Source: Candidatus Poribacteria bacterium (lineage in GTDB: Bacteria; Poribacteria; WGA-4E; PCPOR2b). From it: 64,000 bases of DNA. The notes under the pieces are model-generated. The model made no database searches. It saw nothing but the letters and a program-made list of their open reading frames with translations, and was not told the origin of the DNA. This document shows, piece by piece, positions 1 to 10,754 of this stretch. The translations under genes and the position numbers were made by a program. The stretch lies in assembly GCA_963665285.1 (NCBI GenBank), contig OY762266.1:2676156-2740155 (forward strand), written 5' to 3'. Each line of letters starts with the position of its first letter. Within the stretch, counting starts at the first letter, position 1.

Positions 1-2
1 AA

Positions 3-479
3 GGGGCATATCTCGTCATCTGTCGCGGGGACAACCTGTCCACAAGCGGTTTAATCCTGATTACGCCGTTGGAGATTGAGGCGCAGGAGGGCACGGTGAG
101 CGGGCGGGTGCGTGTCAATGTACGAGATGTAGTCGCGGGGAAGTACCAATCGAAAGTCCACGTCAAAGCGGTTGACTCTGCGGCTGGGCGTTTCATCTCT
201 GGTGAAACTGATCTCCGCGGCATTTTCATCGCCGATGGCTTACGTGGCACGGCGACGGTCATCGCTCGCGATGCTGAGAATCGTTATGCGTTTCATCGTG
301 GGACAGCGTGGCTTGGCGAAGCACAACCGGCACGACGGGGCGTCAGGCACCGCAAGACCACGGACTATCGCCGGCACCTTGAACGTAAGAACCGGGCGAT
401 TCAATCCACAAACGTTGGGATGTTTGACCGACTGCGTCGGAGAGCTCGGGCTGGGGTCCAGGTGCAGAGTATCTATTAG
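3..479 (+). CDS. 3' end of a hypothetical protein whose start lies upstream of the window
   Basis: Frame 3 is open from base 3 to TAG 477-479, so the TTG at 69 in the ORF track is probably internal. No family recognised. Confidence 0.45.
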   Translation, partial: GAYLVICRGDNLSTSGLILITPLEIEAQEGTVSGRVRVNVRDVVAGKYQSKVHVKAVDSAAGRFISGETDLRGIFIADGLRGTATVIARDAENRYAFHRGTAWLGEAQPARRGVRHRKTTDYRRHLERKNRAIQSTNVGMFDRLRRRARAGVQVQSIY

Positions 480-637
480 CCCTTAGTGCTAGTCGGTGAG
501 GAGGTCGTTTCTATGAGGGTTTTGGGCGATACATCACCCCCATTTCCTTCAGTGCTGTTGGGGTGCGCCCCCATTACAAGGAGGATGCCCTTTCGGCACC
601 AATATTGTCAGACAAGGGGTATTATTTCGCTTCGACC

Positions 638-3064
638 CTAGTTGCCCGTTTTGCCATTTTGCAGGTGTAGTTTCTCTCTCTGCTCTGCTGTTACTCGATC
701 CGCATCCGCATCGGTGTAGACCACATGCGGCGTGATGAACACCATCAACTCCGTTTTCTCAACTCGCGTGTCCCTTCGCTGAAACAACTTGCCTAGCAGC
801 GGAATATCTCCTAGCACCGGTATCTTGTGGACAGTCTCCGTCTTGTCATCCTTGATCATTCCGCCGATGACCATTGTCTGCTTGTCCTTAATCGTCACAA
901 ACGCCGACGCTTCACGTGTGGAGATAATCGGGGCATCGAACAGCGTAAATTCAACCAGACTGTTGATCTGTTGATTGACATCAAGGGAAACCGTTCCGGA
1001 TCGGTTGATGCGCGGTGTAACGGTCAGAATGACACCGACATCCCGAAAGTCTGTGCTGGTCAGGATACCTCCTGTTGCGGTCTCCTGTGTACTGACAAGG
1101 AACGGCACCGCTTGGCCGACGTTGATAACCGCTTCCTGATTGTTTTTGGTCATGATGCGCGGTGTAGAGAGGATATTGACCTTAGTGTCCTTCGTCAGAG
1201 CGTGAAGCATTGTATCCAGTTTGCTGGATAAGATACCGTATTTAAGACCGAAAATCTCATCGGTCAGTCCGAAATCGGTCGTTCCCTCCTGCTGATAGGT
1301 TTTATCATTGAGAGTTGTGCCTTGCTCCCACATCCACTCGACCCCAAACGCGCTATCGTCATCAAGCGTCACCTCAATAATCTGTGCTTCAATGAGGACT
1401 TGAGGGAGCAACACATCAAGCTGTTTGACTAGTTTCTCAACGGCGGGAAAATTTCGGACAAATGTGGTAATTAGTAAGGCATTCGTCTCCTCATCGGCAA
1501 CAATTTTCACATTGCCTGTGAGTCCACGTGCAGCATCGGCGGTTTGTGCACCTGAACCTAGCGCGCCGGTAGCTGACGATCTGCCGCCAAACCCACCGCC
1601 AAATCCGCCCCCGAACCCACCAAACCCGCCACCAATGAAATTTGTGCGGGTTGCCGCTTGGCGTTCAAAGAGTTCAGTGGAAAGGAGTTCGTTGAGCACA
1701 CCTGCTACGTTTGCCGCATCCGCGTGTTCGAGGGTAAAAATCCGGGTGTCCTCAGCAAAATCCGCGATGTCCCGGTCAAGTTGTTCAATGAGCTTACCAA
1801 CAGCATCCATCTGCTCTGCGGTCGTTGTTACCATCACGGAATTGGTTCGTGCATCCGGCACTGCAACCAATTCCGGAAGACCAAGGACGCCCTCCCCGCT
1901 TTGCCCACTAGCCTGTTGCCGTTGTTGTTGCTCCTCAAAAAAACGTCTACCTCTGCCGCCACCAAATCCACCAAATCCGCCCCCAAACCCAGTGCCGGTG
2001 AAAATATTTCGTGCAGCACTGGAGAAGGCTTGGTTGAGTTCATTGGCGATCTCCGTCGCATCGCCGTATTTCAGGGAGAACACGCGGGTTTCCGGCTGAG
2101 AAAAACGTTGCGTGTCTAGCTCTGCAACAAGCCTGCGAATCGCTATGAGGTTTGGTTGGCTAGCAGAAACAATTAGTGAGTTGGTGTTTTCATCCGCGAC
2201 CGCTTTGACCTCGCCGAGCAGCTGTAGCGCACCGCCTTCGGTGGGGCTACTTTCTGCGGTTGTGGTTTCATCACCACCGCCACCACCTCTTCCAAATTGA
2301 CCTCGATCGCCGAACCCGCCGCGCCGTCCCCGTTGTTGTCGTTCCTGTTCGGCTGCGGCTTCGGCGTCCTGCGGTTTCTCATACAGTTTAGTGATGACTT
2401 CGGCTAACCCAGTCGCGTCCGCATACTGCAACGAAAACACCTCGATCTTGATCCGGTCCATCATTGAGATGTCAAGTTGCTTCACAATTTCCGCTAACCT
2501 TCTGATGTTCGCCGAAGATGCTGTGATAATTAATGTGTTGCTCCGGCCATAGGCGGTCATCACGCCGTATTGTGGGACAAAATCCTTGAGATCTTTGACA
2601 AGTTGTGTCGCATCCGCCGAAGCGAGAGGCATCACCTGCGTGGTAATAGTATCCTCAGATTTAATCTCCTCCGGGTCGCTGCCGACCTGTATTGGTGTCG
2701 CTTCCAGTTTTGCTTCTGACAGTGGAACGATCTTCAGACTGCGCCCATTAAGGATGCTCGTATATCCCTTGATTGCGAGGGTCGTGTTCAACACCGAAAA
2801 CGCTTCGTCCAACGGCATGTCGTCGGGACTGATGATGCTAACGCGCATATCCAGATCCGCCGATTTGACGATGGTGTAGCCTGTTGCATCGGAGATGAAT
2901 TCTAAGATATGGTCAAGTGAAGCGTCTTTGAATCGCATGGAGATGCGTTTCGACTCAGTTTGGCTGTCGGCAACTTCGTTCTCACCAATCACCGCAATAG
3001 ATGCTATGAGGAGAAAAAGCAGTAGACACCTGAAGCTAAATACCCATTTCAGAGATTTTGTCAT
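638..3064 (-). CDS. Secretin (GspD/PilQ family outer-membrane channel) with Gly-rich insertions
   Basis: 808 aa with an N-terminal signal/TM segment and repeated secretin N-domains. The C-terminal secretin core carries LSTPRIMTKNNQEAVINVGQAVPF and VPVLGDIPLLGKLFQ. Unusual GGFGGFGGG tracts sit between domains. Confidence 0.9.
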   Translation of the reverse strand: MTKSLKWVFSFRCLLLFLLIASIAVIGENEVADSQTESKRISMRFKDASLDHILEFISDATGYTIVKSADLDMRVSIISPDDMPLDEAFSVLNTTLAIKGYTSILNGRSLKIVPLSEAKLEATPIQVGSDPEEIKSEDTITTQVMPLASADATQLVKDLKDFVPQYGVMTAYGRSNTLIITASSANIRRLAEIVKQLDISMMDRIKIEVFSLQYADATGLAEVITKLYEKPQDAEAAAEQERQQRGRRGGFGDRGQFGRGGGGGDETTTAESSPTEGGALQLLGEVKAVADENTNSLIVSASQPNLIAIRRLVAELDTQRFSQPETRVFSLKYGDATEIANELNQAFSSAARNIFTGTGFGGGFGGFGGGRGRRFFEEQQQRQQASGQSGEGVLGLPELVAVPDARTNSVMVTTTAEQMDAVGKLIEQLDRDIADFAEDTRIFTLEHADAANVAGVLNELLSTELFERQAATRTNFIGGGFGGFGGGFGGGFGGRSSATGALGSGAQTADAARGLTGNVKIVADEETNALLITTFVRNFPAVEKLVKQLDVLLPQVLIEAQIIEVTLDDDSAFGVEWMWEQGTTLNDKTYQQEGTTDFGLTDEIFGLKYGILSSKLDTMLHALTKDTKVNILSTPRIMTKNNQEAVINVGQAVPFLVSTQETATGGILTSTDFRDVGVILTVTPRINRSGTVSLDVNQQINSLVEFTLFDAPIISTREASAFVTIKDKQTMVIGGMIKDDKTETVHKIPVLGDIPLLGKLFQRRDTRVEKTELMVFITPHVVYTDADADRVTAEQREKLHLQNGKTGN

Positions 3065-3843
3065 TGATCTAACTCCTCTCTTCTCCTCGCTCGCATCTGT
3101 TCGATAAGACTTTGTTCACCGTTATCGTCACCATCGGTCTGTGTATCCGAAAGCGCGCTCGTTTCGTTGGGGAGTTTCGATATTCTCGCTGCACCAGCGG
3201 TGTCAAGCCGTAGCCGCCCATCTATTCCGTATTCAATGCTCTCACCCAGCGCAAGTTGAACGGTCATCTCGTCGCGAGTTAGTGTGATGTGTTCGGACAT
3301 AATATCTTGCACGTGCACGTCCTTCAGGGTTTCACCGCGCCGCAGAAACACACCTTCATCCTGCTTCTGGTCCTCGACAACGGCAATCCAATCCGCACCA
3401 TTTTTCGCAATTCCAGTTAGAACCAGCGTATAGGTTGGCGGTGGTGGCTGTGTTTCAACAATCGGTTCAGGGGACACCGTTGGGGCGGGTTCTTCCGGCT
3501 GTCGAATCTCCTTTTTCCAACCGAGCGGTCGAAATAGGTCGTTTTCGGCGATAATTTCGTAATCCTTTAGTGCTGGGGGAAGCGGAAAAGCCCCCTCTGA
3601 TTGGGAGAAAAGGGGTTTGGAAGAAGATATTTTTTGCGGAAGTTGAACGAATTTGAGGACTGTATCGCTCTGTGCCATTTGGGAAATAATAAAATATGTA
3701 GTGAACCCCAAAATGGCAAGAACTAATAAGGAGACAATCTGCTTCCATTTTCTAGGGCGCCATTGGTTTCTCATGAAAGTCATCCTGTTCGTTTGGGATT
3801 GAGGTAAAACAGTGCCAGAAGACAACACCCTCAATATATCCAC
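3061..3843 (-). CDS. Membrane-anchored GspC/PilP-like secretin partner (hypothetical)
   Basis: Its stop overlaps the secretin start by 4 nt (ATGA). It has one TM helix, a Pro-rich linker and a C-terminal beta-rich domain ([21 protein letters not shown]...FLRRGETL) resembling PilP/GspC secretin-binding domains. The start (GTG 3843 or an internal ATG) is uncertain. Confidence 0.45.
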   Translation of the reverse strand: MDILRVLSSGTVLPQSQTNRMTFMRNQWRPRKWKQIVSLLVLAILGFTTYFIISQMAQSDTVLKFVQLPQKISSSKPLFSQSEGAFPLPPALKDYEIIAENDLFRPLGWKKEIRQPEEPAPTVSPEPIVETQPPPPTYTLVLTGIAKNGADWIAVVEDQKQDEGVFLRRGETLKDVHVQDIMSEHITLTRDEMTVQLALGESIEYGIDGRLRLDTAGAARISKLPNETSALSDTQTDGDDNGEQSLIEQMRARRREELDQ

Positions 3844-6011
3844 GGTCTCGCCTGTTTAATTGAGAGATTGCCATTATCGGTAATCTTGAACTCAATTTCC
3901 ATTGCAAACTTCCCCTTGCCCCCACCAGATCTATATAGGCCACGGAATCTGCTGTGTATTACGCCAAGATAGTTACGGAGTTCCCTCAAGTATTCGTCTG
4001 TCAGAATCTGTTTACCATCTGTCACTCGGTTGGACGAAGTCACAACCCTGTAGTTACGACTGTCCGACCAATCCAAGAGAATCTCTTCCGGTATCGACTG
4101 TGCTTCGGGATTGGTCACAAGGTCTTCACCAACCTGTGTGTTGAGGTAGTAATTGCCCTCAGTTTGGTAGAGGATGTCGTCGGTGACAGCCACACCGTTA
4201 GCCAACTCGCCGGCGAAGTTGGGATGGAGCAGGACCCCCATCGCAGCCGCAAAGTGATCGATGCGATAGAATTCACGCGCCTCGAAAGCTCGGAAGTTCC
4301 AGAGGCTTGCGAATACCTGCTTAACCGACTTCGAGAGGTGCTCTTCGTCCGGATGATGAGTGAACGAATCGTATAAACCCGCACCGCTGAAGTTGGGCAG
4401 GTCTTCGTTGTTAGTGCTGGAGCGGCATCGGATCGAGACACGTTCGGGGAAGGATTTTTGCACATCAGTAAGGACATCCATCATCCACGCAGGCATTTCG
4501 CCGGCCTCGATGTGTGTCCTAAACTTTTTCAACTCAGATAATCTTATGTCGTAGTCATCCCGAAACACAGAATCTTTGAGCAACACATCAACATACGCGT
4601 AGAAGTTGTTGTGCTTCATGAATTCGTCATAGAAGTAGAACGGTATCCCAAAACCGTCTGGCACGGTCCCTTCTGGGAATCCGAAGCCTCGCAGAGTCGC
4701 CATGTTCGCCGTTTTCACACCAAAACTCGATGAATCAGAAAACTTGATACCATTGAGGGGGCGAATCTTTCGGACGGAGAGGTCGCGTCCAGGGATCTGA
4801 GTCTGCTTTGGTCGCAGGTTGTCAAAATGGGCTTCAATCTCTTTGACCGTCGCTTCTCTAATTTCAAAACCGTCTGCGCCTACCTTATAGTAGACATACT
4901 TTCCAATAAGCGGGGCAATTTTACGGTTTTTCCACGCCTCAGAGATGAAAGCATTGGGAACGTTGTCCTGAATAGCACGGAGATTGACATGGGAAAGCGG
5001 GGTTTGGCGCACACCGGTGATGATTCCAGCCACCCGTGGCATCTCGTTTGGCAGCGTTTTATATAGGACGATATCGTGAGGTGTGGGTCGTTCTTGCATA
5101 TCCATCAATCGCAGACGACCAAACGATACTGCCGGGTTCAGTGGAAGGTAACCAATGCCAGCGTAAAGATCGTCTTCAAAATAGACAGGAAATTCCGCCG
5201 CATCATACAGATTTTGCTCTCGTTGAAAAATATCGATCGCTCCCCATAACGGGCAATACCCAAGTCGACCTTTTAGAATGGGCATTTTAGAGACGAGCAG
5301 ATCATGGGCGATTTTAATCATCTCAAACGGGTATGCATCCGAGGGTTCAAACTCAAAGGTGTAAACGCCAAATTCACCGTTGGGTGCCTTCGAGAGCGGG
5401 CGGTAGATAAGCACACCGCGCATCTGACTTCTGTCCCCTCGTGATAACCCAACAGCCGCCATGAATCGCATGTGAGCGCGATGGGTTTTGGTATTGATGA
5501 AGTAGAGTTGCGGCTGCCTTGTGCCGACATTTTCAACATTGAACTTCACGTATTCAAGTCCGACGAGATGGGTGTCCCTAAGCACCTCTAATCCTTGATA
5601 GGACAATTTCTTGAAGGTCTCGCGGTCGGGAATTGTGGCAGTACCATCGTGAAACTCAACCTCCTCAGGATTTAGGCGTCTGTTCGATCCGCCGCCGAAC
5701 CCTCGGAAGCCGCCCCCTCCACGTGATCTCCCACCTCTTCTATCAAACCCATCGCCCTGCACACCGTACATCTGGCGAATCTGGCTTTCACTGAGCTGGG
5801 TATCGGAGAAAGCTTCAAGGGCTATGACTTCGACGCGAATCGCTTTTTCATCGGCACTTAACTGACCATCGTTATTAAGGTCGAATCGTTTCATCTCCGG
5901 AGATAAGGTGTTCGGTCTATTTGGTCTGTTTTGCGATTGCACGTTTGTGGAAAGAAACACCCCAAGCACTATCAGGAATCCAGCAACAAGAGTGATGGCA
6001 TTTTTCATCAA
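3831..6011 (-). CDS. Exported PEP/pyruvate-binding (PPDK_N, ATP-grasp) domain protein
   Basis: Has a signal peptide and an EF-hand/dockerin-like [12 protein letters not shown]. An RGG/FGG tract follows. The C-terminal half carries [24 protein letters not shown] and ends in IKQARPW, typical of the PEP-synthase/PPDK N-terminal nucleotide-binding domain. Confidence 0.65.
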   Translation of the reverse strand: MMKNAITLVAGFLIVLGVFLSTNVQSQNRPNRPNTLSPEMKRFDLNNDGQLSADEKAIRVEVIALEAFSDTQLSESQIRQMYGVQGDGFDRRGGRSRGGGGFRGFGGGSNRRLNPEEVEFHDGTATIPDRETFKKLSYQGLEVLRDTHLVGLEYVKFNVENVGTRQPQLYFINTKTHRAHMRFMAAVGLSRGDRSQMRGVLIYRPLSKAPNGEFGVYTFEFEPSDAYPFEMIKIAHDLLVSKMPILKGRLGYCPLWGAIDIFQREQNLYDAAEFPVYFEDDLYAGIGYLPLNPAVSFGRLRLMDMQERPTPHDIVLYKTLPNEMPRVAGIITGVRQTPLSHVNLRAIQDNVPNAFISEAWKNRKIAPLIGKYVYYKVGADGFEIREATVKEIEAHFDNLRPKQTQIPGRDLSVRKIRPLNGIKFSDSSSFGVKTANMATLRGFGFPEGTVPDGFGIPFYFYDEFMKHNNFYAYVDVLLKDSVFRDDYDIRLSELKKFRTHIEAGEMPAWMMDVLTDVQKSFPERVSIRCRSSTNNEDLPNFSGAGLYDSFTHHPDEEHLSKSVKQVFASLWNFRAFEAREFYRIDHFAAAMGVLLHPNFAGELANGVAVTDDILYQTEGNYYLNTQVGEDLVTNPEAQSIPEEILLDWSDSRNYRVVTSSNRVTDGKQILTDEYLRELRNYLGVIHSRFRGLYRSGGGKGKFAMEIEFKITDNGNLSIKQARPWIY

Positions 6012-6020
6012 CTATTCTCC

Positions 6021-7283
6021 TTAGTCTCTCAGATCTAAACAGACTATCTCTTGGTGGTTCCGCAGGTAAAGTTTGCCGCCAGATAGCGTGGGAGCAGTCC
6101 AGCACCGCCCAGAAAGGACCTGCGTCTGTGCAACTTCGCGGTACGCTTCCGGGGTCGATTCAACGAGTGCGAGGTTCCCCTGCTCACCGAGAACAATGAG
6201 ATGGTCATCGGCATAGATGACTGTGCCTTGACCGAATCCGCGGGTCTTCCACTTTTCCTCGCCTGTGTCAGCGTTGACACACTTAAAGATGGTGTTTGAG
6301 AAACCATAGATGTAACCTTCATGAAGTACGGTTGTGGAAAAGCCATTAATCATCGTATGACTTCGCCACACCTCTTCAACGCGTATATCGTCATCTACCC
6401 CGACAATGCGTAGCGCAACCCCGGCATCACCACTACGCGAAGAGATAAAAACCTTATCAGGTGAGATGAACACCGGCGTTACACGATTGTCGCTATTTCG
6501 CCCACCATACCACGGATAACGCCAGTATACGCTCCCATCTTCCGGCGAAACAGCGAGGAGTTCATCCCGCGCGAAAAAGAGTGCCTGTCGGACACCGTTG
6601 ACGGTCACAAGAATTGGGGAGGAGTAGCTGGAAGGAGAAGTCGGCACTCCCCAAATACGTTCCCCGGTCCCTTTGTTAAAGGCGACAATGGCATTGTCGT
6701 TTGCACCACCGACCTCAACGAGCAAACGGTCATCCTCAACGGCGGGCGATGTCGAAAAACCCCAACGCGGCATTGAGCTCGAAAACGCTTTTGTGAAATC
6801 GTGACCCCAGAGCTCTTTCCCCGTATCTGCGTTGAGTGCGACTAACCGACCAAAAGCACTCAAGACATAAACTGTATCGCCATCAATCGTTGGTGTCGAG
6901 CGCGGTCCGTTTCCGCCCTGACGTTCCGCATAAAACCAATCGTCAAGATACCGCCAAAGTTCTTTTCCGGTTTCGGCATCGAGACATACGACAACCTCGT
7001 CCTCCCCTTTGGCGAACATGGTATAGGCACGTCCGTTTGCAACTGAGATCCCTGAAAAACCGTCGCCAAGCGGGATTCGCCACAACTCTTTTGGTCCCGC
7101 CTTGGACCACGCCTTGAGGATATCCGTTTCGAGAGATATTCCATCCCGATTCGCGCCTCGCCATTGATGCCACTCCGTTTGAACTGCCGCTTCGTGTTTT
7201 TCCGCTCCGACAATACTACTGCTCATAAGTATAATAGTGACATATAAAAATATGTTTGCTGAACGGTTAAATCTTCGTATCAT
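6021..7283 (-). CDS. PQQ-like beta-propeller repeat protein (BamB-like fold), exported
   Basis: Signal peptide. Repeated motifs (G.vy..s..g.l.alda.tGkelW) are typical of PQQ_2/PQQ_3 propellers. Confidence 0.8.
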   Translation of the reverse strand: MIRRFNRSANIFLYVTIILMSSSIVGAEKHEAAVQTEWHQWRGANRDGISLETDILKAWSKAGPKELWRIPLGDGFSGISVANGRAYTMFAKGEDEVVVCLDAETGKELWRYLDDWFYAERQGGNGPRSTPTIDGDTVYVLSAFGRLVALNADTGKELWGHDFTKAFSSSMPRWGFSTSPAVEDDRLLVEVGGANDNAIVAFNKGTGERIWGVPTSPSSYSSPILVTVNGVRQALFFARDELLAVSPEDGSVYWRYPWYGGRNSDNRVTPVFISPDKVFISSRSGDAGVALRIVGVDDDIRVEEVWRSHTMINGFSTTVLHEGYIYGFSNTIFKCVNADTGEEKWKTRGFGQGTVIYADDHLIVLGEQGNLALVESTPEAYREVAQTQVLSGRCWTAPTLSGGKLYLRNHQEIVCLDLRD

Positions 7284-7379
7284 GTTATCTCCTCAATGTG
7301 AATTTAGGATCTTTAAGTGGCACAGCTTTGAATGCAAATTGCGGATTTCAAACGTCTGGTGCATAGCATAGATTCCCGA

Positions 7380-7895
7380 TTATCCGCCCAGACCGCCAAA
7401 CCTACCACCACCTCCACCGCGTCTGCGACCACCGCCAAATCCGCCCTGTCGTCCCATTTCGGGTAATTTTAGTTCGGGCAGTTTGATATCGGTAAATTTC
7501 TCTTTCTGTTCTTCGTTGAGAACTTCGTGAATTTCTGCAACTAAGGTTTCAATCTGTTTTTGGAAAGCTGCGCGCTGCTGATAGAACGCCTGCATTTGAT
7601 TCTGAGAACCACCACGCCTCCCGCCGCTCCCGCGGCTACCAAAGCCCCCACCGCTGCGCATCTGATTCCGTCTCTCCGCGAACCCAGCTTCCAACGTCTC
7701 CTTCTCTAATTCATAATCCTCGACAATCTCATCAATCCGTTGCACCTTGGATTGTACTACCCTGCGCTGAGTTTCTGAGAGATTTAAGACGCTTGAAGTT
7801 TTTTCAATATCAAGCAACTTTGTGCCTCCACACGCAGATATGGCGAATATCATGAGGACAAAGATAAATCCGCTGAACAATGTTTGGAGGTTCAT
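7380..7895 (-). CDS. Periplasmic Spy/CpxP-like (LTxxQ-type) lipoprotein with RGG/GGF tail
   Basis: I chose the ATG at 7895, which has a GAGGGAG SD 6 nt upstream. The ORF-track start at 7964 has none. Lipobox-like ISACGG, LSETQ and LNEEQKEKF helices, and a Gly/Arg-rich C-terminus. Confidence 0.55.
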   Translation of the reverse strand: MNLQTLFSGFIFVLMIFAISACGGTKLLDIEKTSSVLNLSETQRRVVQSKVQRIDEIVEDYELEKETLEAGFAERRNQMRSGGGFGSRGSGGRRGGSQNQMQAFYQQRAAFQKQIETLVAEIHEVLNEEQKEKFTDIKLPELKLPEMGRQGGFGGGRRRGGGGGRFGGLGG

Positions 7896-7999
7896 TGGTA
7901 TCTCCCTCAACCTTAGGAGTGTTATGTTCAAGGAGAAGCGGCTAAAGGGAAGGTGCATCTCCACTGTCCCCTTAGCCGCTTCCTCAAATCGCCATACTA

Positions 8000-8614
8000 T
8001 TAATTACCTTGTGGCCTATCCGGTCGATTACCGCGACGACCCTCTCCGCCTCCCGTTCGTCCCCGACGACCGCCAAATCCGCCAAATCCACCATCATTGT
8101 TGACGATGCCGGCAATGGTCAACTGCGCTTCTTGACGCACAGTTAGCAGTTCAACGAGCTCCTTTTCCAATGTTTCAGCTGTTGCCTTCTGTACAGCCTG
8201 CTGCGCTTTGAAAGTTTTCAGTGCAGTCTTGATTTGCTTGCTATCTCCACTATCAACCGATGTGCGCAGGGCTTGTGTAAATGGGCGCAACTCTTGGCGC
8301 TGTTGCAGGCGATGCTGTGCAATGGCTTTGATTTTCGGCACGAGAATAGTAGCTTCTTCATCAGAAAGGTTCAAACCCTCAATAGCGCGTTCGGTTTGTC
8401 GTTCTGCCATCTGCGCGGGATCAAATTGTCCCCTGCGCCCCTCGCCTCGTTCCCCACGTCTCTGTTGCTGAAGATCGGAACGATCGGGACGTGTATCCTC
8501 TTGCGCTGAAATGAAATATGCACTTGACAGTACAAGACCGATGACAAATATGGCTACGAGTGAACGATTCAATTTAGGGCTTGATAGGTTCGGTTTCTGG
8601 AAAGTTAAAAACAT
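8000..8614 (-). CDS. Periplasmic Spy/CpxP-like helical protein with RGG/GGF tail
   Basis: GGAGGG SD. Signal peptide, LNLSDEE... helical repeats and a C-terminal GGFGGFGGRRGRTGGGEGRRG. Paralogous in architecture to 7380-7895. Confidence 0.5.
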   Translation of the reverse strand: MFLTFQKPNLSSPKLNRSLVAIFVIGLVLSSAYFISAQEDTRPDRSDLQQQRRGERGEGRRGQFDPAQMAERQTERAIEGLNLSDEEATILVPKIKAIAQHRLQQRQELRPFTQALRTSVDSGDSKQIKTALKTFKAQQAVQKATAETLEKELVELLTVRQEAQLTIAGIVNNDGGFGGFGGRRGRTGGGEGRRGNRPDRPQGN

Positions 8615-8933
8615 GATATTTCCCTCCGTAAGAAAAGTAGAATGAGTTTACTGCTGGTTTATGAAAATCGATTTTCGTCATGGTTAGGCAAACGATAGGA
8701 CAAAAAGTTCGACTTTTTTCTGAAAACGTCTGAATCTGATACAGTCGGTCTACTTACTGAGAGGGTTTCTGTAGAAAGCAAAAGCGGAATAGTATCGAAC
8801 TGATTCTCATCCATCAGTTCAGGCTATCCCCAATTAGGGAGCAGTAGCGGTAGGTGAATTTACTAATGGCAGCAAGTTTTATAGACTCAGAAAGGTGGGA
8901 GGGGCGTCTAAGTAGCTTGGATTATCTATTCAT

Positions 8934-8980
8934 AAAATGAAAAAGCCGTAGAGACACAATATACTGTGCCCCTACGGCTT
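8934..8980 (-). terminator. Rho-independent terminator after leuA
   Basis: Minus-strand stem AAGCCGTAG...CTACGGCTT followed by a U-run, starting about 20 nt after the leuA TAG stop. The loop contains a GTAGGGGCAC REP-like head. Confidence 0.6.
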
Positions 8981-9002
8981 TCTTGTTTATGGATTTCCGA
9001 TC

Positions 9003-10538
9003 CTATTCTTCGTAGCGCAGATGGACAATTTTGTTGATGGCATCAACGTAGGCTTTCGCACTCGCCTCAATAATGTCCGTGCTTGCGCCATGCCCAATGA
9101 TTACATTCCCGTTGTCCTGCACCTTGATCGTGACCTCACCGATGGCATCCTTTCCCTCGGTCACAGCACTGATGTTATAGTCTGTGAGTAGAAGAGGGAT
9201 CTTAGCGACCCGGTCAATTGCTTTGTAGGCTGCATCAACGGGACCATCGCCGGTGGATGCTTCTTCAACGACGCCTGCTTCGGTGCGGACGCCCACCGTC
9301 GTTGTTGGGGAGATTTTCGTTCCGCTGACCACCTGAATGTACTCCAATTGGAAGGTTTCGGGAATCGAGCGGACTTCGTCTCTCATGATTGCCTCAAGGT
9401 CGGCGTCGTGAACCTCTTTTTTCTTATCGGCAACTTCGAGGAAGCGCGCATAGATTTTTTCAATCTGTTCCGGTGTTACCTCATAACCGAGTGCACCCAG
9501 ACGGTGCCTAAGCGCGTTGCGCCCGGAGCGCGGACTGAGGATAATCTGACTCTCCTGCCAGCCAACATCTGCCGGATCAATAATCTCAAAGGTATTTCGC
9601 TGTTTGATAATACCATCTTGATGAATGCCAGAACTGTGTGCAAAAGCATTCGCACCAACAATCGCTTTGTTCGGCTGAACAGGTATTCCCATCGTCCGAC
9701 TGACACGACGGCTAATCGGAACGATTTCTTTCGCATTGATGTCGGTATAGTAGTCGCTGAAATGGTCTCGACGGGTTCGGATTGCCATCACAACCTCTTC
9801 AAGCGATGTATTGCCAGCGCGTTCACCGAGTCCGTTGATTGTGCATTCGACCTGCCTTGCCCCATTTTCAATCGCTTCGAGACTATTGGCAACAGCGAGT
9901 CCGAGGTCATTATGGCAGTGGACACTGATGATTGCCTGATCAATGTTCGGGACATTCGCTTTGATATCTGCGATAAGTTTCCCGAATTCAGACGGCACAG
10001 TCCAACCCACTGTTTCGGGGATATTCACAATCGTTGCTCCCGCCGCAATCGTCGCCTCAACCACTTCATAAAGATAGCTTGGCTCGGTGCGTCCGGCGTC
10101 CATCGGCGAAAATTCGATAGCCGCACCGGGGTGTCCGGCAGATAGGCTCTTCGCGTAGGTGACGGCGTTAATTGCCATTTGCAGCGTCTCTTCGGGAGAG
10201 GTGCGTGTGATACGTTCTCGGTGAATTGGTGATGTGCCGACAAATGTGTGAATACGAGGTTTCCGTGCGTCTTTAATCGCTCCCCATGCCGCAGTGATGT
10301 CCTTCTCAATCACGCGCGAAAGTGCGCAAATTTCCGGACCTTCGACCTCATTGGAGATGCGCGTCACTGCATCAAAATCGCCGGGTGATGAGATGGGGAA
10401 ACCGGCTTCAATAATATCGACGTTCAATTTTGCGAGGTGTTTCGCTATTTCCAGTTTTCCCTCAAGATTCAGCGCAGCACCGGGTGTTTGCTCGGCATCT
10501 CGCAGGGTTGTATCAAAAATATAAACTTTCTCAGACAC
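9003..10538 (-). CDS. leuA: 2-isopropylmalate synthase
   Basis: [24 protein letters not shown] and the C-terminal LeuA dimerisation/regulatory domain. I chose the GTG at 10538 (AAGGAG 9 nt upstream, giving [11 protein letters not shown]). An in-frame GTG/ATG near 10649-10655 with an AGGAGG SD would add about 37 aa. Confidence 0.9.
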   Translation of the reverse strand: MSEKVYIFDTTLRDAEQTPGAALNLEGKLEIAKHLAKLNVDIIEAGFPISSPGDFDAVTRISNEVEGPEICALSRVIEKDITAAWGAIKDARKPRIHTFVGTSPIHRERITRTSPEETLQMAINAVTYAKSLSAGHPGAAIEFSPMDAGRTEPSYLYEVVEATIAAGATIVNIPETVGWTVPSEFGKLIADIKANVPNIDQAIISVHCHNDLGLAVANSLEAIENGARQVECTINGLGERAGNTSLEEVVMAIRTRRDHFSDYYTDINAKEIVPISRRVSRTMGIPVQPNKAIVGANAFAHSSGIHQDGIIKQRNTFEIIDPADVGWQESQIILSPRSGRNALRHRLGALGYEVTPEQIEKIYARFLEVADKKKEVHDADLEAIMRDEVRSIPETFQLEYIQVVSGTKISPTTTVGVRTEAGVVEEASTGDGPVDAAYKAIDRVAKIPLLLTDYNISAVTEGKDAIGEVTIKVQDNGNVIIGHGASTDIIEASAKAYVDAINKIVHLRYEE

Positions 10539-10754
10539 TGTGTGATTCTCCTTTTTTGTAATTGTGCTATGTTCCGTCCTTTGTTTCAACGATTTCAAAT
10601 TGTCTTCGGTATCACGTAAATCCGGTTCTTCGGTAGCCGTCAACCCCACCTTCATCACCTCCTTTCGTGATGCATGTCGTGATACGTGAAACGTGATAGA
10701 GGATTTTCTTTTGACTCTTTGACCTACTCCTTTTAGACGCACTTATGTTTCACA

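Noticed and set aside
513-641. 42-codon plus-strand ORF (MRVLGDTSPPFPSVLLGCAPITRRMPFRHQYCQTRGIISLRP) with a strong GAGGAGG SD
   Set aside because: The SD is good, but the ORF is short, has no recognisable features and overlaps the secretin stop. I cannot support it from sequence alone. Ribosome profiling or conservation would be needed.
1425-2300. Long plus-strand ORFs rich in Pro/Asn (PPNPPPNPP...) and other ORFs antisense to the secretin gene
   Set aside because: They are mirror images of the GGFGGFGG-coding tracts of the minus-strand secretin. They have no SD and no independent coding signal. The same holds for most short antisense ORFs in the track inside other large genes.
8990-9005. 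Genome-wide reassignment of TAG to a sense codon, as an explanation for the two TAG-interrupted genes
   Set aside because: leuA ends at a TAG at the expected C-terminus, followed within ~20 nt by a terminator hairpin. The secretin also stops at TAG. So TAG functions as a stop at least at these sites. Local read-through or pseudogenisation remains possible.
10539-10742. Long N-terminal extension of leuA as given in the ORF track (start 10742)
   Set aside because: The extension has no similarity to LeuA N-termini and lacks an SD at 10742. Internal GTG 10538 (AAGGAG SD) restores the canonical [14 protein letters not shown] start. An intermediate start near 10649-10655 cannot be excluded.
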